A stretch of DNA of 51,741 bases from Trypethelium eluteriae (Eukaryota): the NCBI GenBank assembly GCA_051942245.1, contig JAVECL010000106.1, positions 1-51,741 on the forward strand, read 5' to 3'. Each line of letters starts with the position of its first letter. The stretch's first letter is position 1. Shown here piece by piece: positions 1-12,845 of the stretch. The translations under genes were made by a program, and so were the position numbers. The notes under the pieces were generated by a model. It made no database searches. It was not told the origin of the DNA and saw only the letters and a list, made by a program, of their open reading frames with translations.

Positions 1-559
1 CTCCTCCTCCTCCTTCACCCCCACCAGACTCCTCTCCTCCTCCGTCAGCGGCGCCGCCAGCCCCAGGTGCGCCTCATGCCGTAGCCAGCCCTCGCGCGTG
101 AGCTCCTCGAGGGTCGTCGCGAAGAGCGTCTCTGGGAAGTGCTCGACGCCGAGGTCGCGCAGGAGGGTGAGGCGCGTGGAGGCGAAGAGCGTCTTGGTGC
201 GAACGGGGGCAGCGTCGGGGACGAAGGTGATGGCGACGAAGGACGAGGACGAGGACGAGGACGAGTTAGGGTTGGCGTCGTGTCGGAGCAGGATGTAGGC
301 GGCGGAGGTGGGGCTGAGTAGCGAGGTGAGGTTGGCGAGGTCGTCGAGAAAGGAGGGGGAGGTGGAGGGGACGGTGGACACGGGTACGAGGGATTCGTTG
401 GTGATGCCGGCGAGGAGGCCGCGCTGGGAGGGGGTGGTTTGGAGGGTTTTGAAGGCGTCGCGGAGGTCTTGCGATGCTGTGAGGAGTTAGTTTTGACGTG
501 TTGATTGATTCTAGAGGACAGACAGGGAGAAGAGGCATACCTGAAATGCCTGACTGCAT
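1..559 (-). CDS. TWF1: Twinfilin (ADF-H actin monomer-binding protein); 5' part only, runs off the window's left edge
   Basis: ATG at 559, intron 477-540 (gtatgc...ctaac...acag). Spliced translation MQSGISASQDLRDAF...YILLRH...FVAITFVPDAAPVRTKTLFASTRLTLLRDLGVEHF...APLTEEE matches the first ADF-H domain of fungal twinfilins. The ORF track shows only wrong-frame ORFs here. Confidence 0.9.
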
Positions 560-1477
560 GGTGGTTTGAGAAGTCTGATATTGAATCGGTACCTAGATAT
601 GAGGGGAACAGCTGCAGGTACTGTAGTCGTACGTCAGAGTTCACTCCTCGTGCATGGGCCCGCAATCGAGACTGTCTGGTCAAAACAATCCAGAGATACC
701 TGTGCTCTAGTCAATAAGAGCGGGAGTGTCTAATTGCGAAAAATCGTAGTTTTCATTGCTCTATGCGTAACGTTAATATGCTTCACCATCGTCATAGTTT
801 ACATTCGATGGCTTCTCGACTACATCGAGATGCTTCCGAAAAGATTCAAACGCCCCTTCATCACCTGTACGCAAACGCTCCACGCCTGATAATTTCATTT
901 TCTCAGAATTGTCACTGCTGTCCTGCAAGCAAGACATATCTATGGTATCTCTAGCCGCCCTGTGCTTCGTCAATTTCGAGGTCGGATTTTGAAAAAAGCC
1001 CCAGTAAGAGCCACAGGCACCGAAAATTGAAATGACTTTCTCTGACTGACCCTGACGATAAACGACCAGATCGAGTTTTTCGCAGATGTAGTCCTACATG
1101 TGTCGCTATCTCCTTGGCTACCGCTCTTCAATACGCTTTGGCCTCAGTCGTGCCCAGTTTGTTTGAATGCGAACGCCACGAACGATGCCTTCATACCAAA
1201 TCCACCACCCTTCCGCCAACCATGTTGAAGTCAATATTTCACAATCGCCTTCCGTCTATTCATTCCTCCACTTCCCAAATTGCATGCGAGATCTGTATAG
1301 AGTATGGCAGGACAGTGTAAGCATGGCTGAAGTAGCTGTGAGCCAATCTTAGGATATTACCAACCCAAAGCTACCGCGTTTCGCAGATTGCTTGCATGGA
1401 TGTGCAAAATATCTCCCAAGACCGACCTTAGCTACTCCTACATCTTGCCATGTTCTTAAATGGTTCCAAGAGCGAGA

Positions 1478-4400
1478 TCAACCGCCCTTGCGTTCTGCTT
1501 CATTTGGTGGCGAGGGCTCGCCTCCGGGTGGCATTCGTCCACGCTCTTCATTGGAATTTGCCCGCCGACGTCCATTTTTCTTGCTTTTCTGTTGTTGCCA
1601 GCCGTTCACATGCCCATTCGCAAATGTTGATGGCTTGATTGGCGGCACTATAGGGGCAATTGCACCATTAGAATTGGACTGTGATATATTCCTCTCATGA
1701 GTGTGACTGGATTCCTGCTGTGGTGAAACCTTGTTCTCTTTCAACGAGCCGTTGATAGTAGATTTCGTGGGCGCCGCACCTAGTCCTGAGCTAGATTCCA
1801 GACGCCGGGAAATGATCGGTGAAGGTGACATTGTTTCAAATACGGGTGACAGTTGTGGCACAGGCATTGGGTGGGAGTCCATGCCGCGATCAATGATGGT
1901 CTTAGCGGTGCTCTCATCCATAAGTTCTTGTGGTTGACGGATATCTACCTCACTCGCAGGTTGATTCGACCCAATGTTGGCCGGCTTTGATATTCCGAGA
2001 CCACTCGATCCGAGACTATCCTGTTGCCCCTGCTCCGAGACTGAGGGGAAAGGCTGATCTATGCTGCCATTGTGTTTGCTTCGTTTTTCAGGGGCGCTCC
2101 TATCATACGATCCGCTACAATCAGACGTAGATAGGCTCTCCTGGTGGCTAGCCTGTAAGCTTGAAATCGGACCTGGTCTCGAAAGCTCATTAGACAATTG
2201 CCCAAAATCACCAAACTCAGGGATCTTTGGAGGGTAGTTAGAGTTTCGCGTGGATGACGTGGGCGGTCCACTATCACGTGAATCATGGCTTTGAGTGTTA
2301 CTAGTCAACGGCGTAACGGGAAATGATCCATTCACAATTGGAGGCAGTTCATGTTGGCTCGGTTCAATCGCTTCGCCCGACTCCTGACGAGGTGGAATGT
2401 AGCCTGGTAAGGGGGCTGAGCGTAACCCATTCGAGTATGTCCTAGAACGACCCAGTGGTGATGGCGACCGAGACGCTCGACTCAACCTCTCGGGCGGTGC
2501 AAGATCCGGCGATACTCGTCTTCGCCGAGTCGGAATATCTGTATAAGGAGGGATAGTGGCCATGCTAGCGAGAGAATATTGTGGGATCAGCTGTGGTGAT
2601 TCGCCGACATAATAGCCAACGTACTCTTTTGCCATATTGCGATCCACGGAAGGGCCAGACAATGTTGGCACTTGAGTATACCGCCCTGCAGTCCCATTTG
2701 GAGCCGGGGGCAAGAATCCTGGTAAGGGCCCGGCCATTGGATGCCCTATCGCTCCGGAGACATCAAATCCTGGATGCGCGTATGCATGCATGGCTAAAGG
2801 ATTCGGAGCGGACCGTCCAGGTTGCGACTGAGATCTCACGGAAGCAGCCGCAGAACCATCATTGACCGATGAGCGGTGCACGCGGTTGAGGGCAGGTACC
2901 GTTGCCATGAGAGAAGGCGATGACGGATTTGTACTCGTGCCGGAACTGTCATGTTGCGGGGCTTGCGGGGGAATCTGGGACCGTGGATAATTTGACGGAA
3001 AATGGTAGAGTAGCCCGGGGAGAAGTGCGTCATGTTGCAGATTCTCGCCGATAGTCCCGCGGCGAGAAGGAGTAGGATTACTCGTCACTGATCGCTGGGT
3101 GGGTGATCCCAATATGCGACCACCTGGAGCATGGCCTTGTAGAGGTTGTCCCTGCGTTTGAGCGAACTGAGCCTTGAGTAGATTTTCCTGGTAAGTTAAT
3201 AGCTGATACCGTTGAACAAGTTGTTGGTGAAGATTGGCAGGGTCGAAATAATCATTCCCATGTACTCCGATCGGAGGACTTGCAGCATACGGATATCGAG
3301 GTTGTCCGAATGCTGCTCCACTAGATGATCTGCGGCCTGCTGGCCCATTTCGCTGGTTTGATACCTGCCTTCCTTTGAGACCTGGATTGCCTGGGCCATT
3401 CGTGGTAACGCTTCTCCTGGTCTGTGAGTGACTTCTTGATAGAATAGGCTTTGGTTTTGGCTCGGGTTTTTTGAACGTGACTTTCTCTAATGGGGGAAAT
3501 TCGTGCTGTTCCAAACATTGATCAAGCTTGAGTCCATCCGCAAGCAAGTCAAAGGCTCTTCGCATCTCCTCATGAATCCCATGGAACGAGTAGTCATCCG
3601 CAGAATTACCAAGGTTACGGTAAGTGTTGAATGGCTCTTCCACACACAGTCTTCTTTCCAGTACCCATCCCTTATCTTCTCTTGTCAATAGTCTGCCTTT
3701 CCGCACCGAGATGACGGATTTTTCATAATCAATCTCGTATCCATGTCGACGAAAGAACTGGAATAGAAGCTGGCCGAGAGTCTCTTTGTTTGCTTGACCG
3801 TAGCCTCGTAAGGCTTGAAGATCATCAGCAAACGTACTTTTCACTCCGTTGCTATTATGTCGCATCAAGTGTGGAAGCTGGTGGAGGACGGGAAGGACCG
3901 GTGGGTTTCGGGTTTGTAGGAAGTTGATGATCATGCAAAGCCAAGTGTAGGAGCTTATTGTGGCGCCCATTGCTGTATTTGTCAGTCAAAATCCATGGAA
4001 TATTCGGAGAGGAAATGGCATACCAGCATCGTTAATGATTCGGCGGCTCGTCCAGTATTTGATGATCATTGCAAGTGGACGAACACGATCGTCAATCTGC
4101 ACGTATGTCTTGATCATTCGAGTATTCTCGAGGGCGTCTGCGTTGTTAACATTAAGATCGCAAGCAAGCTGCAGTTCAGGGTCCCAGATCTTGACTATTG
4201 GAACCTTGGCAGAAGAGACACAGACTACCTTTTGCATTCCATCTGTCGTTGCGTTAGCGAGGATAATGCCGTTGGTACGAATCTCTACTGACTTCGAGCG
4301 AGAACTTCTGCAAGCATGCAAACCTTTTCCAGTTCTTTCATAGATGTTGTGATGCAAATGTCGACTGTTTCCCAGTCAGTATTCGTCAGTCACGTTTGAA

Positions 4401-4963
4401 CCTCCTCGGGACATACCGTCGGAATCACTCGAACACAGCATGTTCCCAGATGAACCGAAAACATGGACTTTGATATCCTTGCCCGGCCATTTGTCATTCA
4501 ACAATGTCTCCAATTTTTCGACCAGTTTGGAGCGTCGTTGTATGCTATCGTCATCTGGCAATAACCGGTCGTAGAGTTCTCTCATGTCACCACTCAACTT
4601 GTCCTCTTCGTGGGGCTCCAATGCTAACTTGGGGGACTCTTTTGGCGCCCCAAGGATCGAATCACCTCCATTTGTGTATATGAAGCGCCTTCTCGGCACC
4701 AGAGAACCCTCGTATTTGCAACCTGGTCCTGTATCTGATTTTGGGTAAGCGGACAAAATTCTGTTGGCTTCAGACGTAACAGATTGAGGCGAGTAGCTAC
4801 CCAGCCGACCGACAGGGGAGGGCGATCGGGAGTTGGCGATTCGATTCCTCGCGTATTGATGAGGGGTGGAAGGTACGGAGCTGGACTGGTGGCTAACGTT
4901 ATGAGTACGAGCCGGCAAAGAATTGCGACCCGGGCTGGAGGCTTCGCGATTTGCCGCCGGCAT
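1478..4963 (-). CDS. Non-canonical poly(A)/terminal nucleotidyltransferase, Cid11/Cid13/CutA-CutB type, with a long low-complexity C-terminus
   Basis: Four exons, introns at about 4365-4416, 4243-4292 and 3973-4023. Motifs: VFGSSGNMLCSSDSD|VDICI (Pol-beta NTase), AKVPIVKIWD, CDLNVNN, IKYWTSRR, ISSYTW, and the PAP-associated LCVEEPFNTYRNLGNS. Confidence 0.88.
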
Positions 4964-6742
4964 GCTTCTGGCTCCTCACTCGCTACGGGCAGGATGCCGC
5001 TCTGACGATTGACTGGAATGAAAGAATCCTTCCCATCGAGAGAACCCTCGTCTTAGCAGCAGAAGCCGTAGCGTTTTATCGTCGAGACCGCAGGGCGTTC
5101 TGATGGAGTGGCACGCGTCACAGAGAGAAGTGAAGAATGAGCTCGACAATGCTCCGAGGATTTATCTTGACGGTGGGGCCCTTTGTGTGGTATGTGAGGT
5201 GTGGGCCAGGAGAGTGAGGGCACGGTGCTTGGAAACAACAAGCACCGTCCAACACTGACTGCAAGGCTTGTGATTGCGAGGTGTCCAGAAGCTCGAGAGA
5301 GCCTTCGAGAACGGGAGACGCCTTGCGATGTCTTGCCCAGCAGGAAAAAGGGTGAGGGGAAGTGTTACTTGACGTTCCGTCTGAGGAGGATCGAAGGGTG
5401 GTGCACCCGGCGGACTACAAGCAAGTCTCGGATGACCAGCACCAAAGGAGCGAGCGAAAGTCGGGTTGGACGGGAGGGGCCAGGAATGAAGAAGCGTCAA
5501 AAAACGGTCTTTAGAACGATGAAGGAGAAGTGCAATTTACAAGGAGGCCAGGGCCAGTGCGGCGTACGAGGTAGAGTGCGGATGGTCATCCGAGTACTCG
5601 CGGTACTAGGTACGCCGTACTGTACTTTGTACTTTTGTAGTGCTGCACCGGACGCAACCCACGCAACCCACGCAGCCCGCGTCACGTCGTATTTGCACGC
5701 CTGCATGTTTGTTTCGAAACCGCCTCCAGCATGGCTGAAGGGCCATTTCGGAGGCAGCAAAGCACGATCAACACGATGCATCTTCGCACGCTTAGTGACT
5801 CTGAATGCCTGACCGAGCGGCGAACTGGTTCCGACAGTGGCCTCATTCTGCTCCGAAGCCAGCCAGTCAGAGGCGCTTTGCATCAGCCTTCACTACCAAA
5901 AATAACAAAAACACGCTTTTCTATAGGCTACAACAATTACTTCGGCTCCATTTTCTGGGTCATGACCTCGATGAGGGTAGCTCCCGTTTCGACAATCCGC
6001 GTCTCCAATGGAAAGGTGGGAGAGTCGAACAAAAGGTCAACCAGCTCCCTATCATGCTTCGCCTTCTCGCCTGTATGCGCTGCTGGTGCACCCCAGTCCA
6101 CCGAGCTCAAGAGCCCAAAAAGCCTCCACCAGCCAGCCAGGCATCTCAATGCGGTCCTGTTGTCACCGGCAGTCCCACCTCATCGAGCTGACCGAGCCGA
6201 CCTGCTGACGGTAAGCAGCACGAGTGCATTCTGAAATACTCCCAGAATTTTCATTGGTAGACAACCAGAGTTGGGACGTAATACAAGGCATCGAGGGCCA
6301 AACGGTGCGTACGTGAGACTCGCGGGCGCAGGTACACTATGAAGTCATCTCCATCGTTTTCAATTTCTGGACCCACCATCTGCCAATGCCTTTTCACGCG
6401 GAGAAATAAGGAAACTTAGCAAGAATGAAAAGGGTCTTTGACACTCGGCCTAGGCCAAGAAGTGCCCCTGGCTAGATGGTTAGGCAAGGCCAGGGTCTTG
6501 GCCCGGCTTTGCTCTGCTGGGCTGTCTTGTCTGGTCCCATGCTTTATTAATTACCCCACCTCCCTCCGCCCCGCCATCCCTCATACAATCTGGTTAAAGG
6601 AAAATCTTTGTTGGCACATCACATCAGTTCTATTTGTTGGGTCCCATCCGGAAAGGTTCCAAATTACTCCTCTCGCTTCTTTTTTCTGTTTTGTTGGGTC
6701 TTGCTGAGCCTCACTGCTTGATCCTCCACTGTCCAATTCAAA

Positions 6743-7735
6743 ATGGGTGCTAAACGAAGATTGAGTAATATCCTGCCTATGTCCCAATCGGGATGTATTA
6801 CGCGCTAATCCATCTGTAGACAACCCTGTGCTATTGTAGGATCCGAGGTACTGATCCTGACCAGGCCAAATGCTCATTTACTCCCAGTATCTGTGATTTG
6901 CAGGAGAAGTTCCGTCCTGTCATTCATGAGTTCCCCAAAGTCATATCCACAACGCAAAAGATGCTCAGAGCCAGTAAGATCGAGTTTCCCTAATTTCCTT
7001 GATACGTGCTATTGCGTCTCTCCTTTCGAGCGGTTGGCGATGCGTTTCCTCTCTCTCTTCGCTTGTTGATCACAATCGGCTTCATTCAGGTCGAGCACTG
7101 GATATACCCGTATTTGCGACTACGCAGGTCCGGGCGAGGCTCGGAGACACTTGTTGTGAGCTCAACCTGGATGGGTCCGATGGTATCATCACAAGAGCTC
7201 ATGCTGACAAGTCTCATTTCTCTATGTGGTGAGTCTTCCTTCGAACAGCTCGACTCATAGTCCGTTTGTACTTTCCTTGGGTATTTATTGGGATTAGGAT
7301 ACCGGAGATAAGAGAGGCTCTACGTCTTCTTCCTGATTCCAAGAAAGAGATTATTCTCGTAGGCATCGAAGCTCATATCTGTGTCACTTTGACTGCCCTA
7401 GATATGCTTAACGAGGGGCATGCTGTTTACGTATTAGCCGACGCTGTATCGAGTTGCAATAAAGAGGAAGTTCCCATTGCATTGGCCCGTATGAGACAAG
7501 CAGGAGCCGTCATCACTACTAGCGAAGGCTTCTTGTATGAGTGTATGGGAGATGCGATGGTTAGCGAGTATGGCTCCCCTCCGTTCTCTCGGGTTCGGAA
7601 GTCCTTCTCACTTTCTCTTACCTATCAATCAAAGCTGATATTTCTTTGTCCCTTAGGTTTCGCGCCATTGCAAGTCTCGTCAAGGACACTAAGGATGAGA
7701 CGCGGGAGGCACTTGAGGCGTTGTGTAAAATATGA
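6743..7735 (+). CDS. Isochorismatase-family (ISOC/YcaC-like) cysteine hydrolase
   Basis: Six exons including a 16-nt microexon. Spliced: [23 protein letters not shown]...TTQ...RLGDT...DKSHFSM...[15 protein letters not shown]...VLADAVSSC...TTSEGFLYE...[10 protein letters not shown]...CKI*. The D/K/C catalytic triad is present. Confidence 0.9.
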
Positions 7736-8146
7736 TTGAACCCTTGCATACGCTTCCCATGTACGAAGATTTGTGCATTCAAAAAGCGTTTCTCAGCCAT
7801 GTAAAGATAGAAAGCTAACGAAGATTTTCTACCATTGGCGCCAAACATTAGGCAACTCCATCGGCTGTTTACAGGTACCGAGTGACCGACTCGGTATACC
7901 CGGCGCCCGGTCGCTACTGCTGTAAATAGCACTATGGATACCTCACGAATTAATAAGATGGCTGATTCATCGAAGAATAACGCGGAAGGTTTTCTTCGCG
8001 GCGGAGTATAAGACTCGCCCGATAGTAAACAAAATCACGGTAGTCATCGTCGCGTACACACGTAAACACGTGCCTCGGGCCACGCTCTGACGTGCCACCA
8101 ACGAAAGACGCGTTCACTAAATTGTCTTGATCAATTTTTCGTCAAA

Positions 8147-8953
8147 ATGGCTACTTCCAGATCTTTTACGATTGACAGTAAGATATTCAACAGACAGCTT
8201 TTTACTCAAATTCTCGATTTTTGGTTCAGCGACCTCCCCAGGACCGCTGTTGCTCCAACTCAAAGCCGAATCTCCCAGTGGTTCGGCATAGGAGAGGCAC
8301 AAGCGCGTCAGGCCTTTGATGATTCGTGCCGGGCTAAATTTAAGCATGCGCTCGATTTGCTTGGGCCAACTTCAGTCCACCTCCCCAAATTTACAACGTT
8401 TGAAGACGATCGTACGAATGCAATTTCCTTTGCGTCACCTTTCCTGAAATTAGATGAGCTCCAAAACAACGACATCAACACGAAAGCTGAAGGAGTGCTC
8501 AGCCTCATTCTCCTGCTTGATCAATTCTCTCGAAATATCTTCCGAGACCAACAGGACTTGATATACACTCATTATGATCGTCTCTCACGAGCTCTGATCC
8601 ATCACATGTTGAGCGGCGGCGAACAAAACCCAATCTCTTCTCTAGACAAAAAGTCGTTCTGTCGACTCTCTCCGCCCTATCGCATATGGTTCTATCTGCC
8701 GTTGATGCATTCGGAGGACGTCAAAGACCACGACGAGATCGCTCAGGCAATTTCTGACATGGAGGCGGAGCACCCGGGCAACGAGGCTGCAATTGGATAT
8801 CTCAACACGTTGGCCAACTTTGAGCACCAACATCGCAAAATTCTTGATCAATTTGGAAGGTATCCGCACAGAAACAACGTACTCGGAAGAGAGACCACCC
8901 CAGCTGAACGTCAATGGCTTGAGGAGGGAGGTGCTACTTTTGGAACAGGCTAG
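8147..8953 (+). CDS. DUF924 family protein
   Basis: Single exon, 268 aa. Motifs ILDFWF, IILLDQFSRNIFR-like (LILLLDQFSRNIFR), FYLPLMHSED and HRKILDQFGRYPHRNNVLGRETT are typical of DUF924. Confidence 0.9.
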   Translation: MATSRSFTIDSKIFNRQLFTQILDFWFSDLPRTAVAPTQSRISQWFGIGEAQARQAFDDSCRAKFKHALDLLGPTSVHLPKFTTFEDDRTNAISFASPFLKLDELQNNDINTKAEGVLSLILLLDQFSRNIFRDQQDLIYTHYDRLSRALIHHMLSGGEQNPISSLDKKSFCRLSPPYRIWFYLPLMHSEDVKDHDEIAQAISDMEAEHPGNEAAIGYLNTLANFEHQHRKILDQFGRYPHRNNVLGRETTPAERQWLEEGGATFGTG

Positions 8954-11900
8954 ATGCAAGGTTTCAGGTCATTGGCAGAGCAAAGATACGAATGTTACCG
9001 CGTGTGCATTGGTATGAGTATTGCAAAGCTTTCAAAGGAGAAGTGGCAAACATGGACCGCTTGCCCATCCCCAGGAGCAATTGCAGCTGGCTCTACCCCT
9101 TACATTTTGCATAGTCAAGAATCTGATGATTTCTATTTTAGAATGTGGGCGCTCTCTGGGCGCAAGAATGTGCTCACTTCCTGACAATTCTTGAATCTTG
9201 ACTTTCTTTGCATATCATCCTGTGATTTGGACATCGACACTAGTGGCCTCAAGTTTCCCCGCCTTAGCACTACAGTTATGTTCACTAAATGTCATCGCAC
9301 CAATAATGTTTTGGAGGACGGAGTAGCAGTTGTACCCGTTCACCCGTGAGGAAGAGGAACCTCCATTACTCCGTGCCAATCTGGCCATTCCATCCCCTAG
9401 ACTGCCATAGTATCGGAAGGTATAGGTATCAATCCTTTTTCTTGATTTTTCTCGTTATTACTTTACGCATTCAACCGGGTAACTGGGAGTTTCGTAGCCT
9501 TTTCTTCTCAAATATGATATAATAGCTTTGCCTTCGAACTAACCCATCTTCGCTCACGGTGTATGAGCTTAGCCTGTAATATCTCCTCTTGCACTTTTTT
9601 GCTCATTCGTTTTTGTTGCGTCCCTTCGCGAATAGAATCCGTGTCGGATCTTCCACTCTACCGCTCTCATAACGGACAGCCCGCCCAGACTAATTGATGG
9701 CTCATATGCTATGATATGGCATACAGAAAGTGGTGATGGCCCTGTTATCTGATGCTACTCCACAGAGCGACATTATCGATAAGTGACTGGAACACAGTCG
9801 CTACTGCCGAGTGCCGCATCAAACAGACCTAATTTCCTCTTCTCTGACCAACTGGGCACGATCTCGACATCCCTTGCCGACTGAATCGTGATGCTAAAGT
9901 GTATTGCTATTTTCCATACGCTTTTTGGGTCGGCAGGATCTGCCAAGCTTTAGTTATCCGAGCAAGTATCTACACAACAATTGGTATGCTGTGGAATTCT
10001 CACCTCGTGATCCAAAAACTACAGCAGCATTACTTGGTGTTGGCTTGCTCCTGATGGTCTAGACACGATATCAGGCATCACAAGATGACGTAAATTCAAA
10101 AATAGGCAATTTTTCTCGCAAGCATTTATATTGGGAGAATTGACAAGCTTCAAAAGTGGCACGAGTCAAGGATCACGCCCTTGATAAACTCGAGGGCTAT
10201 TCCGACCATCTGTTCACTCAAGGCTGACTTGAAGGTAGCTGAAGTCGCTAATTCCTACCTGCTACTTCAAAGAATGGCATCTCAGTCTATAGTTGGTATG
10301 AAGGCCTAGGACGGCCTCTGTCTCGATGGACCGTAAATTCTCGGATGTCCACAAATTTTGAAGATCATGTGCTATGGACGTCTATAAGGATAATTTGCGT
10401 CATCTGTGAGAATCAATTTTCTGTGTGCGCCGTCTGCTTCATTGCAATGCGCCAGAGTGAATGGTGTATCTTGTTCATAATGGACCTTTGGAATGAAATC
10501 AGACGAAAGGATGAATTGAAGCATCTTTAGGGCAAGCTAGGAGTTATATTCGCGAATTCGGTAGAGATTGGGATTGCCTCCCATCCGTATCCATACTACC
10601 GGTTCCTGCCGACCTAGGATCAACCTCCTGCCTGCAAGGTGGAATACTGTTCCTTCCTGTGATATCGAAACGACCTTGGTGGGTCTTTCCATGGCTATTA
10701 GCGAGCTCTGCGTCGTAGCAAAGGCCGTTGCAGCGCTTCGCTATCAAATCTAGTAATGGAATTATCTTGGAAATGCATAACTGATCACAGCCTGCACTGT
10801 ATCGTAGATGCTAGAAGATCCTTTCCATTTCCATATTTAGGCTCGGCCTTATACGACATGAAGTTGATTCTCGCAAATCCGCTGGGCCATGCTAGGCTCC
10901 AGAGATGTGCGCCAACACTGATAAGCTAAGGTTTGCATAGGCGGCTTCTCCCGATTGCATGATCTTGCTGCACTTGCCGGGTACCTTGGCGAGTTCAAGG
11001 TTCAATTTTGATGTAGAGTCCCGATTACTCCCAGCGTAAAATCCCGCAAAGAATGCCGCTAAGCGTAGTGTGGGGATTTGGCTTGCGTCCCGTGAGAAGA
11101 ATGCCATTCGATCAGTTGTCGATGAAAAGACTAGCTGCTTATCACCGACGCATCCATTCTTCTCTCCGTGGAAAAACCATGATCAGTCAGACTCGCCTAC
11201 TGATCTGCCATTCGAATGCCCACAGATGGTGCATGGGACGAGCCCCTAGCGTTTGAGCAAGTCAGGGGGTACGATCCGCGCTTCTGGTTGAGATGGAGCC
11301 AGCCTGAAGATCTCATGAATGCGAGAATTTCAATGTCCTTCCAACCTACTGAGTTGTCATTTGGACCCGAAACGGATTGTGATTGAGAAAGAAATGAGCA
11401 TTGGTATCAATCAGCGTTCGGAAAGAGGAATTCGGCGTCAGAAATGTTGCGACCACCCTGCAAATGTGAAATCACTGCCTGATGTATTATTCTTCTCAGC
11501 CAGCTTAGCTCTAAAGATCCCAGATCACTCATCATCTGATCGTCATTGTCCAGCTGATGTATAGAACTTCTCGGAGCTACATTAGTTTAGGATTGACGAG
11601 TGAACCTGAAATTTGATAGGATCGCTTGACGATGATAACGCTCCTGTGAATAGCAGAAGCAAGCGTGTGGCTCTGCATGAAGATAATGCAAGTTGATTTG
11701 CTGGATTTTGGCCCATGATTGCTTTACGTATGCCTTTTCTCAGACAGAAACAGTTCATCAGAGATATCGGATGTTAAATTAAGAATCGCGAATACCTACC
11801 AGCTGGGTCGCTGGAGAAGTTTTGCTGGAAACTGTAACGACAGTGCTTAAGAGACCGTTCAGTCGACAAGTTAGATATTGAAATTCCATTGAACAATCGA

Positions 11901-12845
11901 GATTCGAACCATTGTATGACGAATAAAGGTAATCACCGGATCTATATTGTTATTTTATTATTAGAGGAAAATGCACCAGGATCCACCTCGAGTAGTAAGG
12001 CCGTCTAGTCAAGGATCATCGAAACGTTGGTTTTCTGTACACCTTCCGCGCGAGCTTACGATGGACCATGCACGATTCCAATGCTTCTGCAGCTCTGTGC
12101 GCTGGACTGATACGGGACTGCGGCGGCCGAATCTTGCGCAATCGCTTCGAGCATCTCTACCGTACTGCATTGGTTAGAGTGGTGCTGTTGAGTTTCAACC
12201 TAATGAAATCAAGACGCTCGGCCGAACTTCCCTTTGAAGGCTGCTGCAGCGGCAGCGCTAGAGTATCGTACCTGGAAATCTTGACTGTGGTCAAGTCGGA
12301 AATTAAAACGGGCCTCGGAGAAGCACACACTTCAGAACAAGTGCTTATGCTAATATGCATGGACGGGGAGATCAAGATAGGATGTGCCCGTCTTTTGTGG
12401 TAGCGAGGCTGCACGTTGTAAAATTCCTGAAGTGCTACTCAACGACAGATGCTGATCATAAAAGGCTGAACCACATGTTGATATCGCAACCGTCATGAAA
12501 CCACGAACTAGGAAAGACCATACGAGTACTAACTTGTAAACAGCAATGTTGACTCCTAGGGTCATCTCGATTTGTTGGCCCATCTCGTTCTGTGCTTATG
12601 GCTGTCGACCGCGTGACTTGTTGCGAGCCACGTCTGTAAAGGGATAAATCTTTGCGTGGGTTTCTTCGAAGTTGATAAGCGTTGACAGGTAGCGCCTTTT
12701 CAAACTACCTCGATCTTACTGCTCTTTCACGACCTAGGAATGCCTTAACGTCGTATTCTTGGTTGCTCATCCTTAGGCTGATTTTTTTTCCTTCACGACA
12801 CTCAGACTGCATCAGCATACATCTGCGCCGTCAACCTTCGATACG

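Noticed and set aside
45..683. 212-aa Pro/Ser-rich ORF
   Set aside because: Wrong-frame reading of the GC-rich twinfilin exon.
5201..6234. Several 110-200 aa ORFs between the nucleotidyltransferase and isochorismatase genes
   Set aside because: No motifs, and overlapping frames on both strands are of equally poor quality; consistent with UTR/promoter DNA.
8147..8953. Horizontal transfer of the intronless DUF924 gene
   Set aside because: The family is widespread in fungi and the base composition matches neighbouring genes.
9115..9194. Box C/D snoRNA-like layout (TGATGA...CTGA with an 8-bp terminal stem)
   Set aside because: Box C lacks the purine, spacing around the kink-turn is wrong, there is no C'/D' pair and I recognise no rRNA guide. 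Probably DUF924 3' UTR.
11895..11915. GGTTCGAATC (tRNA T-loop/B-box) on the - strand
   Set aside because: No T-stem or cloverleaf can be built around it.
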